Of a stretch of 64,000 nt of DNA, positions 18,808-29,722 are shown piece by piece (positions within the stretch are counted from its first letter, which is position 1; every line of letters begins with the position of its first letter). Origin of the DNA: an uncultured cyanobacterium. GTDB taxonomy: Bacteria; Cyanobacteriota; Cyanobacteriia; Pseudanabaenales; Pseudanabaenaceae. A model generated the notes under the pieces. That model saw only the letters and a list, made by a program, of their open reading frames with translations, did not search any database and was not told the DNA's origin. Location of the stretch: the NCBI GenBank assembly GCA_963703315.1, contig OY969811.1, forward strand, positions 1,600,001-1,664,000, read 5' to 3'. The position numbers and the translations under genes are program-made.

Positions 18808-20784
18808 ATGGAAGGGTCTCTGTCTTTAATCATAATCATTGCGATCGCCGCAGGTATTTTTGCCCGTGTCGTCGCGAATTTTTTTCGAGTGCCGAGCATT
18901 GTCTTTCTGCTGATTTTTGGGGTGGCTTTAGGGGGAAATGGTTTAAATCTAGTCCAGCCACGCCTATTAGGAGACGGTTTAGAAGCGATTGTATCGATTT
19001 CTGTTGCCCTAATTTTGTTCGATGGAGGACTAAATTTACAACTTAAAGAACTAGGCAAGGTTTCTGCGAGTTTACGCAATTTAATCACCATTGGCACGCT
19101 GATTACTTTAATTGGTGGGGGCATCGCTGCCTATTGGTTTAGTGAATTTCCTTGGACGATCGCCTTTTTATATGCGGCTTTAGTCGTAGTGACAGGACCC
19201 ACTGTCGTTAATCCGATCATTGAAGAAGTCGGACTTGATCGCCGCCTTGCCACAATTCTCGAAGGAGAGGGTGTACTCATCGATGCGATCGGTTCTGTAT
19301 TAGCCGTCGTGATTCTCGATGTCGCGTTAAAGCCAACTTCCAGTGCCTTTGAAGTTGTCACGGATTTGGGATTAAGGTTAGGTATCGGCGGTGTGCTAGG
19401 GGCGATCGCGGGATGGTTACTGGGCAAGTTTTTGCAACGTGCCACATTTCTGGCAGAAGATACTAAAAGCGCCGTAGTTGTAGCCGCAGTATTAGCACTA
19501 TTCGGAATCGCTCAAGAAATCCAAAGTGAATCAGGTTTAACCGCCGTAGTGATGATGGGACTGATTCTACGGGCTTCAGAAATCCCCAATAGTCGCGCCC
19601 TCCTCAAGTTTAAAAGTCAATTAGTAGCGCTGATCGTTTCGGTTCTATTTATCTTACTCTCCGCAAATCTCTCTATTCCCAGTATCTTTGCGCTGGGATG
19701 GGATGGGGTCAAAACCGTTCTCTTTTTGATGTTTGTGGTGCGACCGATTAATGTCATTGTCAGTACATGGAATAGTAGCTTTACATGGCGACAAAAGGCT
19801 TTCCTGTCATGGTGTGCGCCTAGAGGCATTGTGGCAGCATCGGTGGCTTCTCTCTTTTCGATTTTGTTAACCGAACGTGGTGTTAATGGTGGTGAATCCA
19901 TTAAAGCGCTAGTTTTTTTGACGATCGCCATGACCGTATTTTTGCAAGGACTTTCTGCAAAATTAGTGGCAAAGTTGTTAGGTCTAAATCAAGGTGATAT
20001 CTCTGGTTTGGTGATTGTGGGCAGTAATCCCATTGGCATTCTTGTCGCCCGACTCTTTCAAGCCAATGGTCAGCGCGTGGCGCTCATCGATACCAATGCC
20101 GAGCTTTGCAAGCAAGCGGCGGAATACGATATTCCTGCTTTCGTGAGTAATGGGCTGGATGCCAAGTCCTTAGCTGAGGCAGGATTAGATTCTGTAGGAA
20201 CCTTTGTTGCCTTGACGATTAATACCGATGTGAATATTGTGATTGCTCAAATCGCTGCCAAAGAGTTCAATCCACCCAAAGTTTTTGCGGTTTATATTAA
20301 AGATGCTGAGGGCGATCGCAATGAACCAACGGAAATTCAACAGGCTTTTAGTACTAGAGTTCCCATCAAAACATGGAATCAATATATTCTGCAACGCGAA
20401 GTTAGAGTTGGAGAGTTTCTGCTCACGGCGGCAGAAATAGAAGAACAATTAAATCGTTTTAATACGATGTTTAATTCAGGGATATTACTCCCATTGCTGT
20501 TTGAGCGTAAAGGTCAATTACAAATCGTATCGGCGGCTATGTCATGGGAAAAAGGCGATCGCATTGTCTATTTGCTGTATACACCTAAAGCTTTACCTCC
20601 TGCTCAATTTGAGGTTCTACCACCTAATACGCTAGACATTACGCCAGTTGTGCTATCGGATCTGGATATTGCTCAAAAGACAAATGATTTGTATGGCTCT
20701 GGTGTCAACAATAACAAAGATAATGAACTTACATCTAGTTCTGATTATTTCTTGAAAATGGCAAAGGAGATTCTTAAAAAGTGA
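18808..20784 (+). CDS. CPA1 cation:proton antiporter (NhaP-type) with TrkA-N domain
   Basis: ILFDGGL, VVTGPTV, LEGEGVLID, APRGIVAA; C-terminal Rossmann-like region. Confidence 0.9.
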   Translation: MEGSLSLIIIIAIAAGIFARVVANFFRVPSIVFLLIFGVALGGNGLNLVQPRLLGDGLEAIVSISVALILFDGGLNLQLKELGKVSASLRNLITIGTLITLIGGGIAAYWFSEFPWTIAFLYAALVVVTGPTVVNPIIEEVGLDRRLATILEGEGVLIDAIGSVLAVVILDVALKPTSSAFEVVTDLGLRLGIGGVLGAIAGWLLGKFLQRATFLAEDTKSAVVVAAVLALFGIAQEIQSESGLTAVVMMGLILRASEIPNSRALLKFKSQLVALIVSVLFILLSANLSIPSIFALGWDGVKTVLFLMFVVRPINVIVSTWNSSFTWRQKAFLSWCAPRGIVAASVASLFSILLTERGVNGGESIKALVFLTIAMTVFLQGLSAKLVAKLLGLNQGDISGLVIVGSNPIGILVARLFQANGQRVALIDTNAELCKQAAEYDIPAFVSNGLDAKSLAEAGLDSVGTFVALTINTDVNIVIAQIAAKEFNPPKVFAVYIKDAEGDRNEPTEIQQAFSTRVPIKTWNQYILQREVRVGEFLLTAAEIEEQLNRFNTMFNSGILLPLLFERKGQLQIVSAAMSWEKGDRIVYLLYTPKALPPAQFEVLPPNTLDITPVVLSDLDIAQKTNDLYGSGVNNNKDNELTSSSDYFLKMAKEILKK

Positions 20785-20801
20785 TAAGCACTTCCCAGTT
20801 A

Positions 20802-20904
20802 ATACCAAAACTAAAAATGGCTACGCCATTTTTAGTTTTAAAAACCCTTACTAGGTTTGGTTTTTAATTCACAAAAGTGTTGTCACACTTTCGTGAATTG
20901 GTAT
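20802..20904 (-). repeat. 103-bp MITE-like element (ATACCA...TGGTAT ends), copy 1
   Basis: Same-length copies at 23764-23866 and 43248-43350; two internal hairpins. Confidence 0.82.
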
Positions 20905-20908
20905 AAAC

Positions 20909-20962
20909 TACCCAAACGCGTAAAGTTGCGCCCCACAGGGGCGCAACTTTACGCGTTTGGGT
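20909..20962. repeat. Long palindrome adjoining the MITE
   Basis: ACCCAAACGCGTAAAGTTGCGCCCC-ACA-GGGGCGCAACTTTACGCGTTTGGGT. Confidence 0.75.
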
Positions 20963-20975
20963 TTGGTCTATCTAC

Positions 20976-21776
20976 TTACTTCTTCAAGACTAATCCTAAA
21001 ATCAATAATATGGAACCTACTGACAAGCAACCAACCATTCCATAGAAAAACCCTTTCACTGCATTTGCCGTAGACTTCGCCAGTTCCTCTTCACTCTTGA
21101 GAGAAATAATAAACTTCTTATCTGATTGCATCGGTTTACGAAGTGTGACTTGACCGCCATCATCTGCCGCCGTGCCAATCACCAACACCTCGCGATCGCA
21201 GGGCAAAATTGACTCCGTATAACGATAACCGAGCGTACGTCTACCACCACCCATACCCGCGCCGATCGCTAAACTAAAGCCCCCAAACGATATCGATGAG
21301 CCGCCAGAATGCTCTTGGCGAAACTCATCTAATACTGGTACTGTGTCAATATTGCCGCCATCAGGATTCACTAAAAGGTCGCCCGAATTGTCTTGCAAAG
21401 TAAAGGGAATTGATTGGCTATTGCTAGAAACCGTTTCGGAACTACGCCGAGTTTCGGTGCGGGTTTTGCCTTCGCTATCCGTAGTTGTTTGTTGCTCCTC
21501 GTATTCCCTGACAACGCGCATCGTGTAATGGACACAGGGTTGTTGCTTCAATTCAGAAATCAAAGGGCGATCGCTACGAATAATGCCACGGACTTTCACA
21601 TATTCCCGCAAATTCCCACTGCCGATTTCACCAGCGATTTCCCTCGCAATTCTTTGCAAATCCGATACAGTTGAGGAAGTTGCTAAACGGATACTTTGTA
21701 ACTTTGTGCTGTAGTTCTGTTGGACAAAAAAGAAAATGATGCCAATCACAATGAGAATACCGCCAAAAATTGCCAT
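20976..21776 (-). CDS. GIDE (E3 ubiquitin ligase-associated) domain membrane protein
   Basis: N- and C-terminal TM helices; V.G.I....PL.SEL..QPCV.Y, F.L.D.SG..LVNP, GYRYTESILP. Confidence 0.75.
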   Translation of the reverse strand: MAIFGGILIVIGIIFFFVQQNYSTKLQSIRLATSSTVSDLQRIAREIAGEIGSGNLREYVKVRGIIRSDRPLISELKQQPCVHYTMRVVREYEEQQTTTDSEGKTRTETRRSSETVSSNSQSIPFTLQDNSGDLLVNPDGGNIDTVPVLDEFRQEHSGGSSISFGGFSLAIGAGMGGGRRTLGYRYTESILPCDREVLVIGTAADDGGQVTLRKPMQSDKKFIISLKSEEELAKSTANAVKGFFYGMVGCLSVGSILLILGLVLKK

Positions 21777-22398
21777 AATCTTGCAGAATTGATATGTTTT
21801 TGCGATCGCTTTAAAATTAACACATAGCGGTTTTCATTTTGCCCTAGACAAAATAAAAACTCCCAAGTCTTTACTGTAATTAGTTTTTTGTTTTATACCT
21901 GTCGCCCTGTGTACTAGCTAACTCTTGCCTTACTATAAAATTCTAAAATCTGTAGCGTGGGTCACAGGTTTTAAATCTGATTTTTAAATGTGGCGAGGTA
22001 CTTCTAGTAATTCTATATTTAGTGAAATACACATAATTTTTACACTCTTTTAGGAAATAAGTAAGACTTCAGCTATGGTGATCTGACTTTATCAGCGATC
22101 GCTTTATACGCTGGAGTTGCATCATTGCGAAGCTTGTATTATCTATACATCTTAACTAACTAGTGACCCCGCTCCGCACAGCACTTTTTTATAGATTCTA
22201 TAAATATTGTCCTATAGCTGATGTATAACATTTATATAACCTCTATATATCTTTTTGATAACTAAACCGTCCTCAAGATTGGTTTCTAAACAATTAAAAA
22301 CGTGAATAATATCTATACAGTACTTCACTAAGATTTCTTAGTAAGAACTCGTATTTTTTAGGTACTGCTATTTAATACTTTAATAAAAGGAAATTGTT

Positions 22399-23706
22399 AT
22401 GTTTTGGACAGCAGATCGCATTTACTCTCAAGGTATTGAGCAAGCACAGCAAAGAATTTACGAGTTCTTTTTAGAGATAGTACGTCGTAAATCACCAGAA
22501 AAAGTTCTCGAAGATTTCAAACATTTATTTATTAATTTTAGTGATAGTCATAATCTGGAAATTACTCAAGCACTTGACCAGATTTTGACCTCCTATGATG
22601 AAAAAGAATTCTTTTATACCCTAAGGCGTTGCTGCTATATTCTGATCAATAACTGGACAGTTACTAATAATCGAATTCATATCCAATCTCTAATTGATAT
22701 TTGCAAACATCCTTCAATCTATCGTAAGACAACCTCTATCAAAATTAGAACCCTGAGAGCTTGGTTGCAGCTATTTATCAAGAGTGAAGACTTTCAAGCA
22801 TTAAAACTGTTTGTTCTGCATACCGATGAGCATAACTATCAAGATCAGAATTGGAGTAATCGTTTTGCGTCCTACCTGTTAGCTTATCAGTACACAAATC
22901 CAACTAGTTCTCTGGAGCAGAGGCAAGCAGCAAACCTGTTATCTCAAAAGATGAAAGAGAAATTCAAGTTTGATTTGGCTATGTATACTGCTCGTCTAGG
23001 TACACCATCTCCTCACTCAAATCAACAAAAGAATCCCACTAGTCTCAACAACAATATCCTGAATCTTGTGACATTAATGCTTACCAAAAAAAGCATTCTC
23101 AACTGCCAAGAGTTAGCTACTAATCTTCTTAACAATATCCATAGTCTATCCTATCGCGATTTCAAGATGAAGTTTCTGGAGTATCTTGATTTTGCGATCG
23201 CTGATTCAGAAATATCTGAGACAGTGCAAATTAAGCTGCATGATGGCTTATTAAAATTAGAGCCAAATCGTCATCATGATCTTGTTAGTACTCCTTTAAT
23301 GTTTAAATCTGCTAAGTATGTACTCAGTGAAGTTACGATCAATGATCATGGACAGCCTACAGAGTTATTTAATATTTTGCTGCACCATACAAATCCTCTT
23401 AACTTTGTAGTGTTGCTACTCAAGCTCTCATTAATGCATGAGTCTTTTCGTCCACATTTAGAACTCAGAGTTGCCACCATTATCAAGTACTACAGTCAAT
23501 ATAGTGAATCAAAATGTAAATCGGTGATTGCCTTTATCGATATGCTCAACATTGCGTTGGCAGTTTATGCTGGTGAAACTCGCTACAACATTGTCCGCAT
23601 GAACTCCTATACATCAACAACTGTAAAAGAGAGCGATAATCAATTAGATTCCCAGATTTCTAAATTCAATACTAAAGAATATCGAATTTTTTCACAGGTT
23701 CGATAA
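22399..23706 (+). CDS. Conserved cyanobacterial hypothetical protein
   Basis: 435-aa ORF with SD-like AAAGGA; RRCCYILINNW and NPT motifs; function unknown. Confidence 0.75.
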   Translation: MFWTADRIYSQGIEQAQQRIYEFFLEIVRRKSPEKVLEDFKHLFINFSDSHNLEITQALDQILTSYDEKEFFYTLRRCCYILINNWTVTNNRIHIQSLIDICKHPSIYRKTTSIKIRTLRAWLQLFIKSEDFQALKLFVLHTDEHNYQDQNWSNRFASYLLAYQYTNPTSSLEQRQAANLLSQKMKEKFKFDLAMYTARLGTPSPHSNQQKNPTSLNNNILNLVTLMLTKKSILNCQELATNLLNNIHSLSYRDFKMKFLEYLDFAIADSEISETVQIKLHDGLLKLEPNRHHDLVSTPLMFKSAKYVLSEVTINDHGQPTELFNILLHHTNPLNFVVLLLKLSLMHESFRPHLELRVATIIKYYSQYSESKCKSVIAFIDMLNIALAVYAGETRYNIVRMNSYTSTTVKESDNQLDSQISKFNTKEYRIFSQVR

Positions 23707-23763
23707 TTTCGATAATTTTTATCTATAACCCCTCCCTAGACCGCCCCTTTGCAAGGGTGAATT

Positions 23764-23866
23764 ATACCAATTCACAAAAGTGTCGTCACACTTTTGTGAA
23801 TTGAAAGCCAAACCCAGTAAGGTTTTTAAAAACACGAAATGGCTACGCCATTTTGTGTTTTGGTAT
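23764..23866 (+). repeat. 103-bp MITE-like element, copy 2 (nested in a CCCCTTT..AAGGGG-type repeat)
   Basis: ATACCAATTCACAAAAGTGT...TTTGGTAT. Confidence 0.82.
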
Positions 23867-24051
23867 TAAAGGGGGGTTTTTGAGACTTGTGTCTTAGTAC
23901 AGGACAAATATCCTTGTGTTGTTCAAAAAGATCTAGACTGTGGGCTGGCTTAGCGGCTAGATTTGGTTGATAGTGCTAAAGTTGATACGGTCAGCCTAAA
24001 GCGCCGCCTGTTCCAGTATGTAGATCTAAGGTTTGTAGGGTTTATAAAATA

Positions 24052-25977
24052 ATGTTGCAAGAGATTCAATTACCTGTCGTTGCCGATGCCAAAAAGTGGA
24101 CTATTCAAGACAGTGAGACACTTTATCGCATCAATGGCTGGGGAGAACCTTATTTCAGTATTAATGAAGCTGGTCATGTAACTGTATCTCCTAAGGGCGA
24201 TCGCGGTGGTTGTATTGACCTGTTTGAATTGGTAAATGATCTTAAGCAAAGGGGATTGCGATCGCCGATCTTAGTCAGATTTTCGGATATTCTCGCCGAT
24301 CGCATTGAGCGTTTAAATTCAACTTTTGCTAAGGCGATCGCCCGCTATAACTATAATGGCGTTTATCGTGGCGTTTTTCCTGTCAAGGTCAATCAGCAAA
24401 GGCAATTGGTGGAAGAAATTGCCAAGTATGGGAAACCTTTCCAATTTGGTCTGGAAGCAGGTTCTAAACCCGAATTATTGATTGCGCTTGCCACCTTACG
24501 CACCCCCGGTTCACTGCTGATTTGTAACGGTTACAAAGATGCTGAGTATATTGAGACTGCCCTATTAGCAAGAAAGTTGGGACAAAATACGATCATTGTG
24601 ATCGAGCAGTTGGAAGAAGTGGAGATGATCATCCGTGCCGCGACTAAGCTGGGAATTGCGCCTGTGGTTGGTGTTCGCGCTAAACTCAGTGCGAAAGGTC
24701 TAGGACATTGGGAAGACTCCACAGGCGATCGCGCTAAGTTTGGGCTAAGTATGTGGGAAATCTTGGAAACCGTTGAACAATTGGAAGCGGCAAATATGCT
24801 GGATTCACTCAAATTGTTGCATTTCCATATCGGTTCTCAAATTAGTAATATCAGCACGATCAAAGATGCCTTAAGAGAGGCAGGACAAATCTATGTGCAG
24901 CTTACAGCAATGGGCGCACCGATGGGACATCTTGATGTTGGTGGTGGTTTGGGTGTGGATTACGATGGTTCCAAAACTAATTTCTACGCTTCCAAAAACT
25001 ACAGTATGCAGAACTATGCCTACGATATCGTTGCGGCGATTAAGGATGCTTGTACTGAAAAGGGAATCCCTGTACCTACATTAACTAGTGAAAGTGGTCG
25101 GGCGATCGCTTCCCATCAATCGGTCTTGATTTTTGATGTAGTGGGCATTAGTGGTACTCCTAACCAACCCATTGAACCATTAAAAGAAGATGAGCATTTA
25201 ATTGTGCGGAATCTTTTTGAAGCCTTGGAAAACATCAATGAGAATAACTATCAAGAGATTTATCATGATGCTGTCCAGTTCAATCAGGAGGCAATTAGTT
25301 TATTCACTTTTGGCTATCTCACCCTGAAACAACGCGCCAGAGTTGAGCGACTTTTCTGGGAATGTTGCGATCGCATTCTCAAGGTGACTCGCAAACTAAA
25401 CTATGTGCCTGACGATCTCGAAGACTTAGAGAGAGCAATGGCACTGACCTACTATTGCAATTTCTCGGTATTTCAATCTGCACCCGACAGTTGGGCGATC
25501 GATCAACTCTTCCCCATCATGCCGATTCATCGCCTTAATGAGGAACCAGTCTGTCGTGGCACGATTGCTGATCTCACCTGTGACAGTGATGGCAAAATTG
25601 ATCGCTTTATCGATTTGCGCGATGTTAAGTCTGTTCTCGAACTACATCCGTTTATCGCTGAAGAACCTTACTTTCTTGCCCTCTTCCTCGGTGGAGCCTA
25701 TCAAGAAATTCTTGGCGATTTGCATAATCTCTTTGGCGATACTGATGCCGTACATATTCATGCAACGCCCACAGGCTATAAGGTTGAACACGTAATCAAA
25801 GGCGATTCGATGACTGAAGTTCTCGAATATGTGCAGTACAATCGTGATGCCATGCTAGAGAATATTCGGCAAGAAACCGAGCGTGCGCTCCAAGAGAAAC
25901 AAATCACTCTTGATGAAGCAAGATTATTTCTCCAAAAATACGAGCATTGCCTAAATGGATATACCTATCTCAGCTAA
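24052..25977 (+). CDS. speA: Biosynthetic arginine decarboxylase
   Basis: FPVKVNQ (PLP Lys), GLEAGSKPEL, HFHIGSQI, DVGGGLGVDYDGS, DLTCDSDG, GAYQEILGDLHNLFG. Confidence 0.97.
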   Translation: MLQEIQLPVVADAKKWTIQDSETLYRINGWGEPYFSINEAGHVTVSPKGDRGGCIDLFELVNDLKQRGLRSPILVRFSDILADRIERLNSTFAKAIARYNYNGVYRGVFPVKVNQQRQLVEEIAKYGKPFQFGLEAGSKPELLIALATLRTPGSLLICNGYKDAEYIETALLARKLGQNTIIVIEQLEEVEMIIRAATKLGIAPVVGVRAKLSAKGLGHWEDSTGDRAKFGLSMWEILETVEQLEAANMLDSLKLLHFHIGSQISNISTIKDALREAGQIYVQLTAMGAPMGHLDVGGGLGVDYDGSKTNFYASKNYSMQNYAYDIVAAIKDACTEKGIPVPTLTSESGRAIASHQSVLIFDVVGISGTPNQPIEPLKEDEHLIVRNLFEALENINENNYQEIYHDAVQFNQEAISLFTFGYLTLKQRARVERLFWECCDRILKVTRKLNYVPDDLEDLERAMALTYYCNFSVFQSAPDSWAIDQLFPIMPIHRLNEEPVCRGTIADLTCDSDGKIDRFIDLRDVKSVLELHPFIAEEPYFLALFLGGAYQEILGDLHNLFGDTDAVHIHATPTGYKVEHVIKGDSMTEVLEYVQYNRDAMLENIRQETERALQEKQITLDEARLFLQKYEHCLNGYTYLS

Positions 25978-26001
25978 CCCTAATACAGACTTGCTGTAGC
26001 T

Positions 26002-26133
26002 GTAGGATGTGTTAGCGATCGCGTAACGCATCATTCCATCATTGGCAGTGATTGAGTAGCTGAATAATGTGTTAGCGATTGTGTAACGTATTGCGGTTAT
26101 TGAGTGCGTTACGCTGACGCTAACACACCCTAC
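26002..26133. repeat. GTAG-class REP inverted pair (REPIN-like) with a degenerate middle copy
   Basis: GTAGGATGTGTTAGCGATCGCGTAACGCATC ... TGCGTTACGCTGACGCTAACACACCCTAC. Confidence 0.75.
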
Positions 26134-26510
26134 GCTCGATTGCTGAGATTACTGATCGTTTGATTTAGTGTTTTTAATTCTTGCAAAATCTCTCGCAATA
26201 GCCGATTAGTCTCATTTTGAACTGGCTCTTGTACTTGAATTGTCACTTGCTTCATTTTCAAGACATCCCGCGCAAATCTTGAAACTTCCGTAGGGTGAAA
26301 TAACAACGGTTCGCGATCGCTTTGCCGCAGTTCTGGATTTAGCCTTTGCGGATCGTAGGGCAGATTTAGCTGACCTTGATTAGGGTCAGTATTGGCATAC
26401 CGATATACCGAAGCACGCGATCGCCCCAAAGCCTTTTGGATAGCTTCTACATCCATTAACTCATAGGTTTTATCAGTACTAAGATCAGATGCAGAAAATG
26501 GTAGGCTCAT
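26130..26510 (-). CDS. Conserved cyanobacterial HTH protein
   Basis: VEAIQKALGRSRASVYRY HTH; C-terminal coiled coil. Confidence 0.75.
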   Translation of the reverse strand: MSLPFSASDLSTDKTYELMDVEAIQKALGRSRASVYRYANTDPNQGQLNLPYDPQRLNPELRQSDREPLLFHPTEVSRFARDVLKMKQVTIQVQEPVQNETNRLLREILQELKTLNQTISNLSNRA

Positions 26511-26659
26511 AGCAAATTTCTAGAGATTTAGCTCTTAATTATAGTCTTATTTAGAGTCTACTAGTCTCAAATTCTTGATGCCTATCAAGAATTTGGTTGT
26601 TATGTCATTGAAAACCCTAAAACCTGTGGCGCACGCGCAGCGTGCGCCACAGGTTTCTG

Positions 26660-27016
26660 CTATTTTTTCGATAATAATTCGGTAATAAACAACTCAACTG
26701 CTTTCAGATTTTCCCGCATATCATCCGTTATTTCTAACATTGAGTCTGAATGCTGCTCAGGATGCAAATCTTCGAGTTGAACTGCTAAAGCCTTGATGGG
26801 AATTGCGCCCACATTACTGCTTGATCCCTTAATATGATGCGCTTCAGCCATTATTTGGGGGCGATCGCTAAGGGCGATCGCCTCACGAATTATCGTGATT
26901 CTTTGCAAGACATCCTCTACATATACCTGCAAAACCTCAATCTCAAACTCAATATCGCCCTCTGATATTTGGTTGAGTTGTACGAGGTCAATGGCATGGT
27001 TTAGTTGCTGACTCAT
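26660..27016 (-). CDS. Hpt (histidine phosphotransfer) domain protein
   Basis: EAHHIKGSSSNVGA. Confidence 0.9.
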   Translation of the reverse strand: MSQQLNHAIDLVQLNQISEGDIEFEIEVLQVYVEDVLQRITIIREAIALSDRPQIMAEAHHIKGSSSNVGAIPIKALAVQLEDLHPEQHSDSMLEITDDMRENLKAVELFITELLSKK

Positions 27017-27185
27017 ATAGATTTACAGCTTTACATCACTGGATGAGGCTAGTTTAAGCTTGTATTTGGCTAATCTTACAGGCGATCGCATTATCAATGT
27101 TAGAATACAGGTAAATGTAAAGATTTGCAAAGCTCCTATTTATTAAAAATTTACTAACAACTAAACAAGACGAGTCATATCGACC

Positions 27186-28367
27186 ATGCGTATCATTTTA
27201 ATGACAGGAAAAGGCGGAGTTGGTAAAACTTCCGTAGCAGCAGCCACAGGACTACGCTGTGCTGAATTGGGTTATAAAACTCTAGTTTTAAGTACCGATC
27301 CTGCCCACTCCCTTGCTGATAGCTTTATGGTTGAGTTAGGTCATGATCCTAAAGAAGTCCGTCCCAATCTCTGGGGTGCAGAACTAGACGCATTACGAGA
27401 GCTAGAGGGGAACTGGGGTGCTGTTAAACGCTATATCAGTGAAGTTTTACAAGCACGTGGACTAGAGGGTGTACAGGCGGAAGAGCTAGCAATTTTGCCG
27501 GGGATGGATGAGATTTTTGGCTTGGTACGTGTCAAACGTCACTATGACGAAAAAGAATTTGATGTACTAGTGATTGACTCAGCGCCAACAGGAACCGCTC
27601 TACGTCTACTTTCTCTCCCTGAAGTGGCAGGTTGGTATATGCGGAAATTTTATAAACCACTGCAAGGCATGGCACAGGTTTTAAACCCTGTATTTGAGCC
27701 TATTTTTAAGCGTGTGACTGGATTCTCTTTGCCAAATAAAGAAGTCATGGACGCGCCCTACGAGTTTTATGAAGAACTAGAAGCTCTTGAGAAAATTCTC
27801 ACAGACAATACCACTACTACCGTCAGACTGGTGACCAATCCCGAAAAGATGGTGATCAATGAGTCCTTGAGAGCGCATTCCTATCTCAGTCTCTACAATG
27901 TCGCCACAGACATGGTAATTGCCAATCGGATTATTCCTGAAGAGGTACAAGATCCGTTCTTTAAGGCTTGGAAAGATAATCAGAAGCAATATTGCGAACA
28001 AATCCACCGTGATTTTCATCCTCTACCCATCAAACAAATTCCTCTCTATGCAGAGGAAATGTGCGGAATTGAGGCTTTAGAGCGTCTGAAAGAAACTCTC
28101 TATGGCAATGAAGATCCTTCGCAGGTTTACTACAAAGAAAATACGATGCGGGTAGTGGAAGAGAATAAACAGTATCGTCTAGAACTCTATCTACCCGGTG
28201 TGCCGAAAGAGAAGATTGAGTTAACGAAGACTGGTGATGAGCTAAACATTCGCATTGGCAATCATCGCCGTAATTTAGTATTGCCTCAAGCGCTATCTGT
28301 CCTCCAAACTTCTGGCGCAAAAATGGAAGATGATTATCTCAAGATCCGTTTTTCCACTCCTGTCTAA
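27186..28367 (+). CDS. ArsA/GET3/TRC40 family ATPase with C-terminal HSP20-like domain
   Basis: [22 protein letters not shown]; alpha-crystallin-like tail. Confidence 0.92.
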   Translation: MRIILMTGKGGVGKTSVAAATGLRCAELGYKTLVLSTDPAHSLADSFMVELGHDPKEVRPNLWGAELDALRELEGNWGAVKRYISEVLQARGLEGVQAEELAILPGMDEIFGLVRVKRHYDEKEFDVLVIDSAPTGTALRLLSLPEVAGWYMRKFYKPLQGMAQVLNPVFEPIFKRVTGFSLPNKEVMDAPYEFYEELEALEKILTDNTTTTVRLVTNPEKMVINESLRAHSYLSLYNVATDMVIANRIIPEEVQDPFFKAWKDNQKQYCEQIHRDFHPLPIKQIPLYAEEMCGIEALERLKETLYGNEDPSQVYYKENTMRVVEENKQYRLELYLPGVPKEKIELTKTGDELNIRIGNHRRNLVLPQALSVLQTSGAKMEDDYLKIRFSTPV

Positions 28368-28406
28368 TATCCCATTACGAAAAAGTGCCGCGCAGAGCGC
28401 GGCACT

Positions 28407-28499
28407 ACCGATCGCACTCACATATTTTAAATCAGGTATATCGGCAATATAGGCTTCGTCTTCTTCGCTATAAAAAATGTTGATGTGATAATCTTTCAT
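28407..28499 (-). pseudogene. Truncated duplicate of the HicB antitoxin 5' end
   Basis: MKDYHINIFYSEEDEAYIADIPDLKYVSAIG is near-identical to the gene at 29055 and is cut off by a palindromic repeat at about 28384-28406. Confidence 0.8.
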
Positions 28500-28501
28500 A
28501 G

Positions 28502-28750
28502 TTACAATCCTAGCTCTTGAGCATTTACCCATTCACTTCTGGGGCTGGTCATGACCTCTTGGAGTGAGTCGATATATCCATGTATGGAGTTAAGATAGAT
28601 GGTCTCTTCGATCGCTGCCCAGTCTTCTTTGGAAATTACAACCACGTCATTTTCTGAGCCTTTAATCATGACTGGTTTATGGTTTGCGCTGACTTGATTA
28701 ATTAAGTTATTCAAGTTTGCAGTTGCTTCTTGAAGTAGCAAGTAATCCAT
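28502..28750 (-). CDS. Phd/YefM family antitoxin (orphan)
   Basis: ANLNNLINQVSANHKPVMI...VVISKEDWAAIEETIYL. Confidence 0.85.
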   Translation of the reverse strand: MDYLLLQEATANLNNLINQVSANHKPVMIKGSENDVVVISKEDWAAIEETIYLNSIHGYIDSLQEVMTSPRSEWVNAQELGL

Positions 28751-28833
28751 AATGCTTCTCTATATAATCTATCAATTGATAGATTATATATCATTCGATT
28801 GATAAAGCTAAAATGCCTACGCTGTGATAGTTT

Positions 28834-29055
28834 TTAAGCCACAATTTGATAAATGACGAGGCGATAACGGGGTTTTGGAATTGTTTTGTTTTCTGCTGTA
28901 GCGGCTTCTAGCCATGCAGTTTTGGCAAGAATTACTTCATGGAGTGCTTGTTGTGGAGTTTCACCGATCGCTGAGCAGTATTTTAAGTCAGGGATATCGG
29001 CAATATAGGCTTCGTCGTCTTCGCTGTAGAAAATGTTGATGTGATAGTCTTTCAT
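28834..29055 (-). CDS. HicB family antitoxin (orphan)
   Basis: YIADIPDLKYCSAIGETPQQAL...WLEAA...IPKP. Confidence 0.88.
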   Translation of the reverse strand: MKDYHINIFYSEDDEAYIADIPDLKYCSAIGETPQQALHEVILAKTAWLEAATAENKTIPKPRYRLVIYQIVA

Positions 29056-29075
29056 GGTTTTTGTTCTACAAGAAT

Positions 29076-29480
29076 TTACGATGTCACCCAGTTTTCAAGT
29101 GCTAGGGCTTGAACTCGATTAAATTCTTTGGTGTTGTTGGTGACTAGGGTTAGGTTTAAACTCAGGGCGTGAGCTGCTATGAGCAAATCCATTGCGCCGA
29201 TGATTTTGCCTGATCGCTCTAGGGTTGCGCGAATGTTTCCGTAAATGGTTGCGGCTTGTTCGTCAAACTGGACAATTTCTAATGGGATTAGGAATTGGTT
29301 AAGGGCGGCGCGATTGCGATCGGGAAATTGGCTTTTGGCGGCTCCATATTCTAGTTCGGCTACGGTGATAGATGAGATGCCGATGTCAAAAGGAGCGATG
29401 GTTTGAAATTTTTCTAAAACGTCTTTGGGCTTGCGTTTGATGATGTAAATGCAAGTATTGGTATCGAGCATATATCTCAT
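29076..29480 (-). CDS. vapC: VapC PIN-domain toxin
   Basis: YMLDTNTCI, ITVAEL, MDLLIAAHA, LVTNNTKEF. Confidence 0.93.
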   Translation of the reverse strand: MRYMLDTNTCIYIIKRKPKDVLEKFQTIAPFDIGISSITVAELEYGAAKSQFPDRNRAALNQFLIPLEIVQFDEQAATIYGNIRATLERSGKIIGAMDLLIAAHALSLNLTLVTNNTKEFNRVQALALENWVTS

Positions 29481-29710
29481 GAGAATAGCTCCTCTCTTTC
29501 TTGCAATGGAGGCTGTTCTCTAGTTTCCATAAAGTCATCTGAGAAGAGATCGAGGCTATTCCAGAGGGTTTGCCAAGGGTTGTTTTTGGGGATGAGGATG
29601 ATCGCATTACCGACTTTTTTGATATAGACTTCTTCGCCGACTAGTTGAAAACCGTCTGGCAATATGGCTAGTTGTTCGTTGCCTTGCATTCTGAGTTTGG
29701 CTGTGTTCAT
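29477..29710 (-). CDS. vapB: VapB (AbrB-type) antitoxin
   Basis: TAKL...EQLAILP...EVYIKKVGNAIILIP...FSDDFM; ATGA overlap with vapC. Confidence 0.9.
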   Translation of the reverse strand: MNTAKLRMQGNEQLAILPDGFQLVGEEVYIKKVGNAIILIPKNNPWQTLWNSLDLFSDDFMETREQPPLQEREELFS

Positions 29711-29722
29711 GGGTTTGTCCTC

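Noticed and set aside
21777..22398. ncRNA or riboswitch in the 620-bp intergenic region
   Set aside because: AT-rich, with no recognisable conserved structure by eye; an Rfam covariance search would be needed.
9602..28367. Heavy-metal resistance island (CadD plus ArsA)
   Set aside because: The ArsA-like protein is the single-domain GET3 type with an HSP20-like tail and no arsB/C/R nearby. The cadD-like genes lack a metal-sensing regulator, and the loci are 14 kb apart.
28293..28532. 79-aa ORF as an intact HicB
   Set aside because: Only about 31 codons match HicB; the remainder reads through a palindromic repeat and antisense to the ArsA-like gene.
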